From: Lingula anatina
Lineage: Eukaryota; Animalia; Brachiopoda
NCBI GenBank assembly: GCA_051362555.1
Contig: CM120643.1
Span: forward strand, 5,518,001-5,582,000
Length of the DNA stretch: 64,000 nucleotides
Reading direction: 5' to 3'
The stretch's first letter is position 1, and each line of letters starts with the position of its first letter. The notes under the pieces are model-generated. The model was not told the DNA's origin, made no database searches, and saw only the letters and a list, made by a program, of their open reading frames with translations. Below are positions 36,260-49,639 of this stretch, in pieces. Both the position numbers and the translations under genes were made by a program.

Positions 36260-37493
36260 GTAGGTTCCCCTCTTCTAGAAGTAATCTTGTTTTTCTGACC
36301 TTTTCCGAGAAGATGTCATGCAAAGCAAGTGGTTAAGAAAATGTCCAGAGTTTTAACATGGTGTTCCCCTGTAGTAGCTTTAATAGAACTTGTATTTGCC
36401 TTTCATGACGAGTTTGTACCTGGTAGTTTATATTTTCATATACTTGGATTACAATGCCAACCTTCTGGCACCTTAAGACGGCAACCTTATGCTTACCACT
36501 TACACCTACATGATACAGTGTGCAAGTTACCATGGGGGTATGCTCAAGTACCTCTAACAACGCATTAAAGCAATTATTGCACATTTTAACTATATTTTTG
36601 TTTTTTTGAGATGCTATTTTTTGTTTGAAAATGACGGACGAAATTTCAACTCTTTTGTTTTTAACCTTTGAATTTCTTTATATGGAGGTTGCTGTTAGAA
36701 CCATATTATAACGATTTTTAGAAAAAAAAATCCAGGATTAGCAATTCCTTTATAAAGGTTAATAGTCAAAAACTATATAGACGCTTAAAATATGTTGCTA
36801 TCATTCACCTTTGCCGAATGCGGAGATAGGATTTTTAATTATCCGTCACAACGTTATGACTGACCATCGTGGTGTTATACCATCCTCTTCACTGAAGTCG
36901 TTAAAATCACATTTTTATCATTTCATCATGGATGTAATGTAGGTAATAATACATTGGATGCAGAGTATAGAAATAATTGTACGATAGAATTATATATCAG
37001 ACACATGGAAGCGAGGGTGCTGAAATGTATACTCAGAGGCGTTTTGAAGACACAGGGACAGAAACATTCACACTGACATGTAAAAGAAAGCCGGTTCCAC
37101 GACAAGTATGGTTAATTTTTGTTCAACTGGCAAATTGGAAACTATATAATGCACAGATCTCAAATTTATCTCTGAGTGGGGCATTGCTTTCTACTTTTTT
37201 TGGGTGAAACAATCTTCAGTTGCTCCCGATTTAAGTTCACTATCAAATTGTGCGGTTTGAAGGAGTTTCGTTCAATGTTATGGCCTTTTGAAACCAACAT
37301 TAAGGCAACTGTGCTTCCATATATCAGCCGTGGCATCTGACTGACAACCGGCACACGCCAGAGCAGAAGGAGAGCGGCTTTGTTCCGCCAGCGCACGTGG
37401 CATATTTTGTCATGCGCCCTACAAGGTTCAAGGGATTTGAACATCATTCAATGCCCGCAGTTTAACTTTGCAGATAAGATTTTATTTTGTTTA

Positions 37494-37539
<46 letters not shown>

Positions 37540-40500
37540 TTTTATTTTTTGCATTTGTACACATTTTAGCTTTTGAGATCGTACCAGTAAGTCAAAGAAT
37601 AGGATAAAAGTCACTATCACTAAAACGCGTGAAAATCTTTAAAATCCTTTTGTTCTGCCGTAGCTGATAAGTGGCTTAATAAACTGTACAGATAAATTTT
37701 ACTGCTTGCATGATTGTATCTTTAAAACAGCCGAATATCCACACGCGACTAAGTACTTTCCAAAAGCCCGCCCAAAACGTCGTTGTGTCCCGAAGATATC
37801 ATTAAAAATGTCATGTCTTAGCTATAGGCACTGGATCCTGAAGCTGTGCCAACTGCAGGCGATCACCATGGTCTCACTTGTGGTTTCACTCTGCTTATAA
37901 GTGGGTTTCGTTATAATTCGTTCCTGGTTTCAAAGTTAAATATTTGCTCTGTTGCTTTTCCATCTTTTTATAAGTCATTTATTCGCTGAAAGTGTTAGAG
38001 ATATTCATTTGTACATGCATCAACAAGTAACACACATATTATGATAGAATAGCTGACTTTTGTTGAATTTGTCACTTTATCGGACTCTAAGCTACTTTGG
38101 TTCCAACGAAATATATCATTTAGAGATAACAAGTCTATAGGTCCACGCCAAAAGAAAACAACTGGCAGGACACCAATGGGAGGTTTATCGCTAACTGTGG
38201 TTTTGCAGACTAACTCCAGATCTAACAGTTTTTATCTTGGCTGACGAAAAAACAGTTTTTAGTTTATCTACTTTGGCTTTTGTGAAATATAGAGTTCAAA
38301 ATGGGAGTGGGTGGAAAGGTCCCGAAGTCAAACCCTGTCAAAACTTAACCTACCCTGTCTCCTGAAAGTTTCGGCCCTTTTTTGGTGGACTCAATTTAAT
38401 TTTGTAGCATGAACATATGGCATAATTTAGCTCTTTCATTCCAAATTTTGAGTTCCCCTAGAAAAAATAAAAAATGTTCCCTTTTCCCATTGTATTCAGT
38501 TAGATCAACGGTATAGTTCGTCGAATTCCACGATCATATACTGGTATCTAGATTTAAATGAAAAATCCTTTTTGCTGTTCTCTTTGTCTTCTGTGTATTT
38601 CAGCATTATTTCGTTTCCGTCTTATCTTGGTCTAATCGCCACCTTTGGTCTTATCTCACATTAGTTGTTGTAGCGCGTTAGGAAACAACCAGCTGTTCCT
38701 CGGCGTGAGCGCGTGTTTTCGGGGCTGGAGAGTGCAACAAAAAGCGACGTCGTTCACTCGGGCAATTATTCACAGCAGTTATGAATCGGTATGTAGTTGG
38801 TTATGGGCGTTCGGACAACGTGAATTTTTGGAACCCAGCAAGTAATTTGAAAGGGGGGGATACTCTTTCTGAAAAACTGGACCATTTCACCCGTATAGTT
38901 ATAGTTTCAACTTGAGAAATGGCATAGAACATAAATCAGATTTTGATTCTGAGCGGTCTTTTTCCAGCCACCCACCCCCACCCCCACCCCCTCACCCCCC
39001 CCTTTCGGGCCTGGGCTATGTGGACCTCCATTACTTCGCTCGGTGTCCACAGCAAGTGGTCATACAATCAACCGAAGTGGAATCTTTGTAAGCAGGTGTC
39101 ATCTCAAAATAAGTGGCAAATTTACTTTTCTTGAAGTTGATGCATTTCCTTCTCCGAAGTTCTTGTCGATGCAGGGGTTGACAGCATTAGTAAAATTTTA
39201 AATGGTGTTTGCTTATATTTAATTTACATTTTAATAACGTCTAATACAAGATTACTATAAAGTCACAGAATATAAGTAAAACCGCTAGTGGTAAGTGTGA
39301 ACTGCCCTCCCTGCTAACCCGCTGCAATGGCAGGACACGTCGTGATGCACTCACATTATCTCCGCGGTATTCAGATTTATGAGCAACCAAAACGGTGGTT
39401 GCTGGATCATGTAGACGGAAAAACACCTAAAGGCATTTTGGATTGGAGCAAATCGTTTCCACCTGTACGAAGGGGATAGAAGGACTAAGAAAAAAATGTT
39501 GGGGGGGGGGGGAGATATAAAGAAAGTCAAGAAAGACGCTAAGACCTTGTGTTATCCAACAGATGAAGAATATATAGAAATCAATCGTCATATTTATACA
39601 TGTAGCAAGGCCACAATTCACGGCGCATGCAGCATCTCTGTTGTAGTAACACTGCGTCAAAATGCCGTACATGAACAAGATTGCTCATACACCACCGTCC
39701 GTACCAGGCATTGCCACGGGACTTTGTATAAATATACTAAAACCTATCAGTATCATAGATTACCGAGGTGCGGCTTAATCTTTTTAATCATGCTTACCTA
39801 GATCGAGTATCACCGCCGAGGACGGAACAGTGGTTGTAAAAAGATAAAAGCTTACTTTCACCAGTTGCTTACGGTGTCGGAAAAAAGGAAGACGCATAAG
39901 GCCGACGGTTAAAAATAAAAAGACAATGTCGCGGATATCCCTGCCAAATTGTCTCTCCCAGTCGGCAAGGTGGTTCGATTTACCTAAGAAATATCAAACT
40001 TGTAGTTTTTTTTTTTTTTCGTGTTAATTCACGGTTTGATTTTTAATCAATATTAAGTAAGAATGTGATCTATAGAGAGTGTTACTCTGAAAGAAAAAAT
40101 ATTATGATTACATTTCAGAAATTTGGTGTTCTTATTCATACCCTGAAAAAGTATTCAAAGTGTAGTTTAACAAAGGTTTATTTACTTTTAGAAAAGTCCA
40201 CACAGCGTTCGATAAGATAATGTTCGTAGAATAAGGAAAGTAATTAGATTTCGTGCAAAATGGTGCTCTTAAAAAACCTTGCATCAAGTTGATAAATGAT
40301 AGCATAGCCAGGATGAAAAAACAAAGAGTAATTTAGAATGCAAGTATACAAATCATATACCTCTGATCGAAAACAAATGGATAATAGAATGAAATTTGGT
40401 GCATATTATCTCTTCTAATGGGAAAAAAGTACCTGCTTTGTATTTTAGTAAAAAATAACACAGATAAATTCAACTAAAGGAACCAATCTCAACATAATAC

Positions 40501-41927
40501 AGATCCGCGACCTAAACTTACCTATAAGAACAAAGTGTCACTCTCTTGATATTTTAAAGGACGAAAGGAAGACGAAAGTATAAGATTTCAACATTGGGTT
40601 TTTTATATGGAATCTTTAATTCACCTACCTCGGTAAGAGGTACGGATAAATTGGCAATTTTTTACCTCAAACTAACCCCAATACCGAGTTAACAAATTTA
40701 ATGAGGTGTGAAAAAATGTCTTGCTCAGCAGAGTAGAAATGGTTTTTTACCGATAACATGTGTGCAGAGACGAGGGCGGGAAACAGATTCTGCTTGGCTG
40801 AGTGCCAAATTGGTATTTTGTGTGGAAAGTGTTCACACCAGGTCCAGATGGAGCGATGGAAATAATGTCACTGATAAATAAACATAGTCAATGCGTGTGT
40901 TGCGTTCCTTAAGACTTAGAATTATGTGAACGTGGCTTAAACAGGTCAAGGAAAATTTTCTTTTCGAAAATTTTAATTAGATATGTGTTATAGGCAGACG
41001 TTACTTCTATAAAGACTTGATTATCAGATTTGCCTGCCTTTTTTCCTTTTTGACTTGCTCTTCGTACAATTCCATGAAATTACTTATTTCCTTGGCTGAG
41101 ACGTCATCTAAAAGAATCAAATCAATTGACATGTGGTTCAAAGTGTGAGAAACACTTGGGTCTCTCTGAGCAGAATGGCCCAGTCTGAACTTGGCTTTCG
41201 TTTGGAAACTATCACTTGGTTGAAGTCCGAACTTAAAGTGGATTTCCGACAGTTTTATTTTTTACCCTTATTTTTGGCAGTAGGAATCACACTTTTCGTG
41301 TAAATTGTATACAAATTGTAAAAACTTCCGCAACTTGCATAATTTACAATTTACTTATCCAGCGACTTGTTTAGAATACTTCGCGGCACAGGATGAACTG
41401 TTACTTAGACAGTGTCCAACAGCTTCTCTATTCTGTTATTGCTTTATTCCTAAATCGGGACATGTATTAGGTATTTTGGATTGTATTCAGACATCTTATT
41501 TTTCCAGAAAAGTCATCATCTGACAATTCTTTCATTACTATGGTGCATTGTAACTCTTGGCCTGCCATTCACTATTTTAATTTTTGATCGTATTTTTGGA
41601 CTCCCAAAATAAGTTATTCTTTGTTATAAATTATGAAGGTGTCCGCCTTTGCAATTGATTTAATAAAAACCTTCATTATGATGACGATATCCTGATAAGA
41701 TGTCCTTGAAGTATTAACTTCACGATTTTGTTAATGTAACAAATAGTTTTTTAGAAGCAATGCGCATACCCGGAATAGTCCTGACTTCATGTGAGCAGAG
41801 TATCACTACATGTACATGAGGTACTTGCCGGTGTAAACCGTGCGAAAATGTTGGAAAGCATACCTCACAGGTCTAGTTCAGGTTCATGAGATGTTAAGGT
41901 TTTAAGGCGGGAAATATAACACCGCCC

Positions 41928-42001
<74 letters not shown>

Positions 42002-44973
42002 AATTGTCGCAAGATCTTTCAACCCTATTGATTTCGCTGAGTTTATGTGATTATCAATTTATAATGTACGATTAAGATATCTGTGTGTGATTTCCTATTG
42101 TTCGGTTGCAGTTCTACCGTAAAAGCGAACTCTAACATCTGACATTTTCATTCGTAGAAGCTTTTCTAAAGCGAAATAAAACAAAAATAAGCGGAAACCC
42201 CCTACAATTACAATCATTTTTTACGTCGGTGTGTACTGCGATAGTGCTATGCAACGTTTGTAAGGAATGCTACAGAAATACTCTTAAACCCATAGATAGA
42301 ATTAACGCTAATGAGTAAAAAGGCTTCCGTCACTCAAACTGCCAGATTTTCTGATCTTTCCAAGCCACTAAAACCACTAAAGTATTAGGACCTGGTTAAT
42401 CATGAGGGGAAGTAGCATTAAAGGACCAAATTTAGCAAGCAAGGTGGGGGGAATGAACGAAAATGAAAGGCAACCAGAGCTCTCCCGGAAACGACGATTA
42501 AATGCACTATTTACAACCCGTCACATCTCCTTACGCCGGCACATTTTTTCGAATGGTAGAAACATTTATAAGGGCTATGTATAGAGGTAAGAACCTTGCT
42601 AAGAACTTGAGCTATTTGCATAATTAAGGTTGAGCCGTAATTGTTATGACAAGTTTGCACATCAGATCTAAATAAAAAACATGTTGGAACGCTGTGAGGC
42701 GTGCTCTTTAAGTCAACTGCTTAGTCTACGCATTCTCTGTATTGTCGTTAATGGACGACAGAGGACACCCACTGGGGGCGTAAGAGGTACACCATGTTGC
42801 AGTCAACCCAACAAAATGTGTGCCACGCGAGGCCACGCGCCTGTTTTGCTTAATGTTATTTTTACTTTTTTCTGCCATTATAAACCGACTTTTTTTGTTG
42901 TGACAGCAAATGTTTGATATCAGGTTTTTTCTTTGTTTCTTTTTTAGTTGACGTCAACAATATATCCCCCTCTCTATCTCAAATTTGAGTAACATAATTT
43001 ATAATCCTTTTTTGCAACTGTAAAAAGCCGAGAACTAAAATGTTTAAGCTCATCTTACTGCATTATTCTGCGTTCTAACTACAGAACATCTTGTTCATGA
43101 AATTACCGCTTGAAAATAAATCTGCATTGTTTATATCAATACGCTCGCTAGAATTTATAGATAAACAATTATTTACACCGTTTTATTCCTTCAGTTTGAT
43201 CCAATGCAGCGGTACGCCCTGGTACAGCGTACGAATAATTCATGAAGCGACCGTGAAAAGTCACGGGTTATATAAATTCGGACAATGGATTCTTATTTCA
43301 GCACATTATTGAATCAACGCTAGTTGAACACCGATCTAACACTTCACGTGCTGTCTTGATATACATGTAGGCCTACTTGACGCTGTATCAATAAGCAAAT
43401 ACTCCATCTTGCACTGTAACAAAACAAGCAATGCTTTGTAAATATGTGTATACCGATCTTTTGCTGAGAAGCACGTTCTGCCCGTAGTATTCGATCTTTT
43501 TCTCGTTGACGTGCCTGTGCATGCATGCGTGTTTCGAATGAGTATGCACTCGTATTTTTATGTATATTTTTTCCAACTCACAATTCATTTTCCTTAATCT
43601 GCATGCAAAAAACATTGTAGCAGATACTGGTCCGTTTTTAGAAACACCTTTTTTTGTGGTCTCTTAAAGTTGATTTGTTTTGACCGAGGAACCCTGAGCC
43701 ACAAAAGTGGTATCCGAGGCAGACAGCACTGTTCATCTCTGGTCTGCTCCACAGGGCGGCGCCTTAGAATGGTTTAAAATAGATACAGCTAGCTAACCAA
43801 AAGGCATTTCAATCTGATCATTCCTACTTATATCTTCACTTAAATTGAACGGTTGTGTCAAAAAAGTTAAAGAGCATGTTATGCAATTTCTCTTTGATAC
43901 AGTTTCGTTTTTGACTTTGGCTAATTGCAAACTGTGTTTCTCCCGACTAATTCTTAGAACTTTCAGCGGTAAGTGTAAGAGCCTACGCTCTTTGCCTTTG
44001 CAGCTTGTTACGCAACTTGCATACGGCATTCCTTCCGTTCCCACTTTTCTAGCTGTCAAAATAAATTTAATTTTGTCTCATTTTTTCAGAACCCATTGAA
44101 CTTGAAAAACCGACTGAGAAACTTGAGGGCGCCCTGAGGTTGGCAAATGAGTGCTTTGATCAGTGTGGTACCCTTCACAGCCTGGCACTGGTGGCCGCAG
44201 AAAGCGAATACCTGGCAGCTGCCACCTCAAAACGCACCACCTTTGGACAGTTGGTCCACAACGAGCCCCAAGCTGCCCATTCTCCTCCTCAGTCAATGCT
44301 TTTTGATCAAGACAGTTGCTCTTATTTTCAAAGCCTAAACGGCCGCCAAGACAGCGAATATGCGAGAGTTCGCGAAACTCTGATTGACGATTTTAGCCAA
44401 CGACACGCCAACGTCCAAGACCTCTACGTTGAATCGTCCTCTCCAAACGGGAAGAACCGTGGATCGTACCCATTAGATTTTAATCTAAATGTTCTAGTTG
44501 ACAAAGCTTTAGAGGAAATAAATGTCGCAGAGAATTACATCTGCCCCGACTGCGGTAAGCGCTATAGCACGTCTAGCAACCTTGCCCGTCATCGTCAAAC
44601 ACATCGCAGTGTAAACGACAAGAAGGCGCGCAAGTGTCCGCATTGTGAGAAAGTCTATGTTTCAATGCCAGCATATAGTATGCACGTGCGCACACACAAC
44701 CAAGGGTGCGTCTGTTCCTTCTGTGGCAAACGTTTCAGCCGACCGTGGCTTCTGCAAGGACACATTCGCACGCACACCGGCGAGAAACCGTTCAAGTGTA
44801 ACATTTGCGATAAAGCTTTTGCCGACAAGTCGAACCTGCGGGCTCATACTCAGACTCATTCGAATGAGAAGCCTTTCACTTGTGAACGGTGCGGAAAGGC
44901 ATTCGCCCTGAAGAGCTACCTATACAAGCACGAGGAGTCCTCCTGTATGCGAGGACAAAGGCGGATGAGATAG
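36172..44973 (+). CDS. scrt: Scratch-family (scratchB/Kahuli-type) SNAG + 5x C2H2 zinc-finger transcriptional repressor, 323 aa, 2 exons
   Basis: join(36172..36259,44090..44973) = 972 nt with a phase-1 intron (G|gtaggt ... ttttcag|AA). Exon 1 begins with the SNAG motif [12 protein letters not shown]. Exon 2 has [75 protein letters not shown] and [19 protein letters not shown], which are diagnostic of Scratch rather than Snail. Confidence 0.95.
37494..37536. repeat. (ATT)n microsatellite
   Basis: Read directly; explains the poly-Ile ORF 37380..37607. Confidence 0.9.
41928..42001. repeat. (TA)n-(GA)n microsatellite
   Basis: Read directly from the sequence. Confidence 0.9.
44090..44973 (+). 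CDS. scrt: scratch exon 2 (zinc fingers)
   Basis: Strong acceptor ttttttcag at 44089. Same frame as ORF 44140..44973. Stop TAG. Confidence 0.95.
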
Positions 44974-45742
44974 GAAGTTTTTTTAGGGCAGTATCATCCA
45001 GAATCTATTGTATGCTTGAAAGATAGTTTTGTCTACAAGTAATACGGAGAAATACTTCCGTGGCAAGCCGTCCAGTGTTTTTTGTGGATAGTCTAATTTT
45101 TTACATTTTGTATATTGTCACAAAGGTGAACAAATCTTGACCTGTTGGTAATGATATCGGTCATTTCTTATTGTATATTTTTTGTTTTACAAGTTAGACG
45201 TTCGTCCAATTATAAAGAGTTGTGCAACAACCAAAAATTAGATTTAAAGCGCGTTTACATCCATATTAGTGACGTATTTCCGCTGCAAAGCAAGGACCAA
45301 TTAATTCAAAGAGTTCTATTTTGTTTAAAGAACATTTCTTTATGTTAGATTTTATTTTCATTTGCTTTATAGCAAGCACGGGAATAAGTCTGTGTACATA
45401 TTATGTGTGACAACATGAAATCTAGAGAAAGTAATTTTACTATAACACTGGACCAATTGAGTGTAAACAACATATATATCTGTCCTTTCGCCAGACTCTC
45501 TGTGTCTGCTTTGAAATATAGAAAATGAAAACATGTTTGTAAAACGCTTTTATACATATTAGTGCATTGGCCATCCCTGGCCTGTAATTTATTACATTTA
45601 TTTCTTTTACGGTTGTTATAATTAATTTAACTGGATATAAATATGCCGGACGAAGTGCAATGAAGTTTTTAGAACTCCTAAAGTGTGTGCGAGTGTGTGT
45701 TGCCTGTAATATAAATAATTGGTTTTCTTTGATTGTGTTTAC

Positions 45743-45806
<64 letters not shown>
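45743..45806. repeat. (GT)n-(GA)n microsatellite in the putative scratch 3' UTR
   Basis: Read directly from the sequence. Confidence 0.9.
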
Positions 45807-45809
<3 letters not shown>

Positions 45810-47126
45810 CAGCTAATTTCAGCCATTTCAGCGATGTTAAAAAAGAAAATCTAGCAAGGTTACGCTAAATCTGTATTATTTAAGGGAGCAGGTGGTCTGT
45901 GAGGGTGAAAAATTAGCAACACGTGCACTTGATGTTTTTTCTACATCAACACACTTTTGAAAACACAAATCTATCTCGGGACTCTAGGAAAAGGCCTTGT
46001 CTATAAATTTGAAGTCCAAGAGCTAAGAAACTTTGCTGAAGCCCGTTCCTGGGAAATGTCAGAGGAATATAAATTCACAGTCTATGAAATGGTATTCTCT
46101 GTGACAATGAACATCTCCACTGTAGTGGCCTTATGTTGCAAGTGCATTCCGAAGGCGGTTTTGTTGTGGCTGGTATTTATGCGACATCTAGAACACTTAC
46201 ATGGGACTTCAAAAAAAAAAAATTGGCCCTTTTGTGTTGTGGATATATTTGCATTTATCCCAGACACAGGCTGCAACGTTGTTCAGCTTTTTGATTGGAC
46301 GATATCGCGCCTTAAAGTGTTCTCGGTGTCAAGTCTCGTGCCAGCCGCACGCGAGCGCCATACCATATAAGGGATTCAGAAACTTTAATAGGGTTTCAAA
46401 TTTCCATATCGTGAATGGAACACGATGAAAAGTTGGAGTGCACGCGGCCCCTGAAGTCCTGAAGTCGGTTGTCAGTGTCGCACGTGTGCCTGAATGGTAA
46501 CCTGATTTATATATCATAGATAACTTTCATTTTATGTACATAAGCGTTTCCTTTTTGGTTTGGTGCAATTTGTGTATATTATTCAGTGTAAATGATTTTT
46601 TTCTTAAGAGATTAAGTTTACTGCGTTTTTTATGCGTAAATCAAGCACTTTGTAATGTATATTTGACGTAGTAATGAAAATGAACTGTAGATTGTATGGA
46701 GATGAGTCTGATCTCCACCTGCCATTTTAACATATCAAATTTGTGTTTGTAAATCGTGGTTTTTGTATCAAACCCTGCAGTTGTACAGCAGCAGTCCTAG
46801 AACTAGAGGTTACATAACTTATACAGTGCATTTGCTTCTGTGAACCTTTTTCCGCCAGACTGGTGCAATGTTCCTGCTTACTGTTTCGGTTTTATGAATT
46901 ACCACTCAAACTGAGTCTCAATACTAAATATACCAAGTCTTCTCTTAACTTATTGGTTTAATTCGTACATTTAACCATAAGACAAGTTAACTGTTGGCGT
47001 ACCAGCTTAAGCAATTTTAATGAGTCTGCTAATGGCAATATCTTTAATGCGTCTGAAACAGACGGTGGAGTGTGCGGTACGCTTTAACACGTATGTATAT
47101 GTGAAAATTGAATTACAGCAGTTTTA

Positions 47127-47132
47127 AATAAA
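47127..47132 (+). terminator. Candidate polyadenylation signal of scratch (implies a ~2.2-kb 3' UTR)
   Basis: AATAAA followed ~20 nt later by a T-rich tract (TGTTTTTTTTTCTCTTTTT). Confidence 0.45.
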
Positions 47133-47566
47133 CTCTTTAAGAAACTATCATGTTTTTTTTTCTCTTTTTATCCTTGCCATCTTCAGAAAGCTTATACAGT
47201 TATCAATTGCCTCCGTGGTAGATAATCACTTTGAAATGTACTGACTGCAAAACGGAGTTGTAAATTGGGTTGGGTACCGGTAGGTGACACACTTGTGAGT
47301 TGCTTTCGCTTCGTACTTGGCCCACCAGTTCCATCATGATATGAACTTATCCTATTGCTATTGCTGTCGACAACTCAAAGCCAATCAGCACACGCTACTG
47401 CTCACACCCACTGGCCTTTCCTGGACGAAGCAGATGCTCGGTGTTCCCGTTGGAGCAGCGGGCCGTGCAACAAAGAGGTCTTCCACGAAAAGTAATGGTT
47501 AAAATGTGTTAGTGAGTATTTTCAACTGAAATGGTCGTTCAGTGGGATACTCGATGCTCTCCCCGC

Positions 47567-47672
47567 CTCTCTCTCTCTCACACACACACTCACAAACACA
47601 CACACACACACACACACGCATACACACACACACAACACACGCACACACAAACAAGCACACGCACACACACAC
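47567..47672. repeat. (CT)n-(CA)n imperfect microsatellite
   Basis: Read directly from the sequence. Confidence 0.9.
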
Positions 47673-49639
47673 GGGCCTAGGTTCCTGTCGTGCTCATCAA
47701 AGATCGGGTACCGACCATCGAGTTCCAAGCTAAGAATGTCCTGTATATTCAATACATAACATCGTGTTTCACTTTTCGGAGATGAGTATATCTGTTCAGT
47801 AACTAATGCTTACATTCAATTCTGCGACAGAGATCCAGAGCCTCCACAGACAGCCCGGGAAATAGTTTTGATTCTGGTGCATTTTTCTTTATTCTCGTTT
47901 TTTACAATTAATTGTACGTCTTTAGTCGGAATTCTATCAAATGATAGACAAGTGGTCTGCTTAGCGTGCTACAACTCTGCAACACAATGTCGATGGACCA
48001 GCCATTGAAACATATGAACGTGTGTGCTAAGAATTTGCTGAAGAGGAACGTTTGAGCAACATACTTCACATTGCTCATCCTCGTGCCTTATTTCCAGGTA
48101 TTATATATGACATGCGTGCAAGTTTGGGCTGAAATGGGGTCCACTGCCGTAAACAATCGCTGTTCGACCAAGACATAACTTATTATTACTTTTGGGGTAT
48201 TTACTTTGTCGAAAAAGTTAACGAGTAGGTTAGGTTGGGGTCACTTTGGTAAGGTGTAAGATCTTAAACAACATATCTATCAGATAGGGGATAAGTGCAC
48301 TTGTCGTAAACTATATGTATAAGCTGGTCAGTAATTATATGTTCCATTATGTATTCTTTAAGTAAACTGAAAAGGGCACTTGAACTTAAAGTCACTTCAC
48401 ACCTTGATATGAACGTTCAGACTATCTTTGATGGAAAACCGGATTACCCAGCGTCACCTGTCGAACAGACTGCAAAGCGACTGAATTTTGGCTCAAATTC
48501 GAAACCCCAGCAAATCAGAATAGCCGTCTGGTGACTTGATTTAGCCCGATATCCAGTTCATGGTAGTCATCGTCTGCACGGCGCTGAATGAGGCTGGAAT
48601 GACCGAGTTACTAACGCAACGCACGTCGTCTAGCAACAGGTCGAATTGAAGGTGTGCCAAGACTACCTGTCAGATACGCAAATTCCAGGTAAATACAGGT
48701 AAACAGGTAGTTTGGCGGCCGATCATTCTGTATACAGTATATATATATATTTAGAACATGGGTCTATCTTTAACGTACCTTGTTAGGTCTAAGTTTAGAT
48801 ATCTTTATCATCATGATGTATGTCTCGTGGCTTATTGCTCTTCTTGGATCATTCCTTACATTATACAAAATGGAGTCTAAACAGGATCGTCATATATACA
48901 TTGTGGTTATATTTAGAAACCAGTGCTATTTGTGGACTGTCGGCAGATTGAAATAGTGTTGTACTTTTTCTTTGAAATTGCAACAGGTACCGAATATCCA
49001 AGTAAAGCAGGCACTTGTGGTCTGACTGCTGATCACAATGACACAATAGTTCGTGACCAGCACTATCTTCATATACACTTGTTTAGGCTATTAACGAACT
49101 TGTTCCAACTTACGTAGGGACAGATGTATGTGTCAAATTGTTGTTCCTCTTTTAATTAATGATGTTCGCGTCGGTTCATAATTATGATTGTCCTCAGAAA
49201 TAGTAACACTGATGAGTATAAATGAGATTTTTTTTTGGTTTTGATGGACTATTTTTTCTTGACTGCCCAACCAAGAGTCGCTGAACTGCTTGTAAAAATT
49301 AGACCAGGTACTGCATGTGTCCACAGTACACGTACTCTGTCTTTATGACGCTTTTGCAAATTACAGAAACGAAACGTGCTTTGTTTAAACATTGTAGAGT
49401 ATTTTCTTTCAGTTTCTTTTATTTACGTGTACAAGTGTGATGTAAAACATTTTGACAAATATAAAATTTTGACGCCATTTCCGATATATGATGTTTTTTT
49501 TAAATTTGACTTCGTACCGTCAACTCCCAGGTGAACGAAATGGACAGTCGTTCAGATTTACCCGTACAAGGTTAACTTTTGCAGCATTTACATACACCTT
49601 TTTAATAAACTACTATTGGGTACTGTGCTGGGATTAATT

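Noticed and set aside
44140-44973. ORF-track start at 44140 (TTG) as the scratch start codon
   Set aside because: The frame is open back to a strong acceptor at 44089 and splices in phase to the SNAG exon at 36172-36259.
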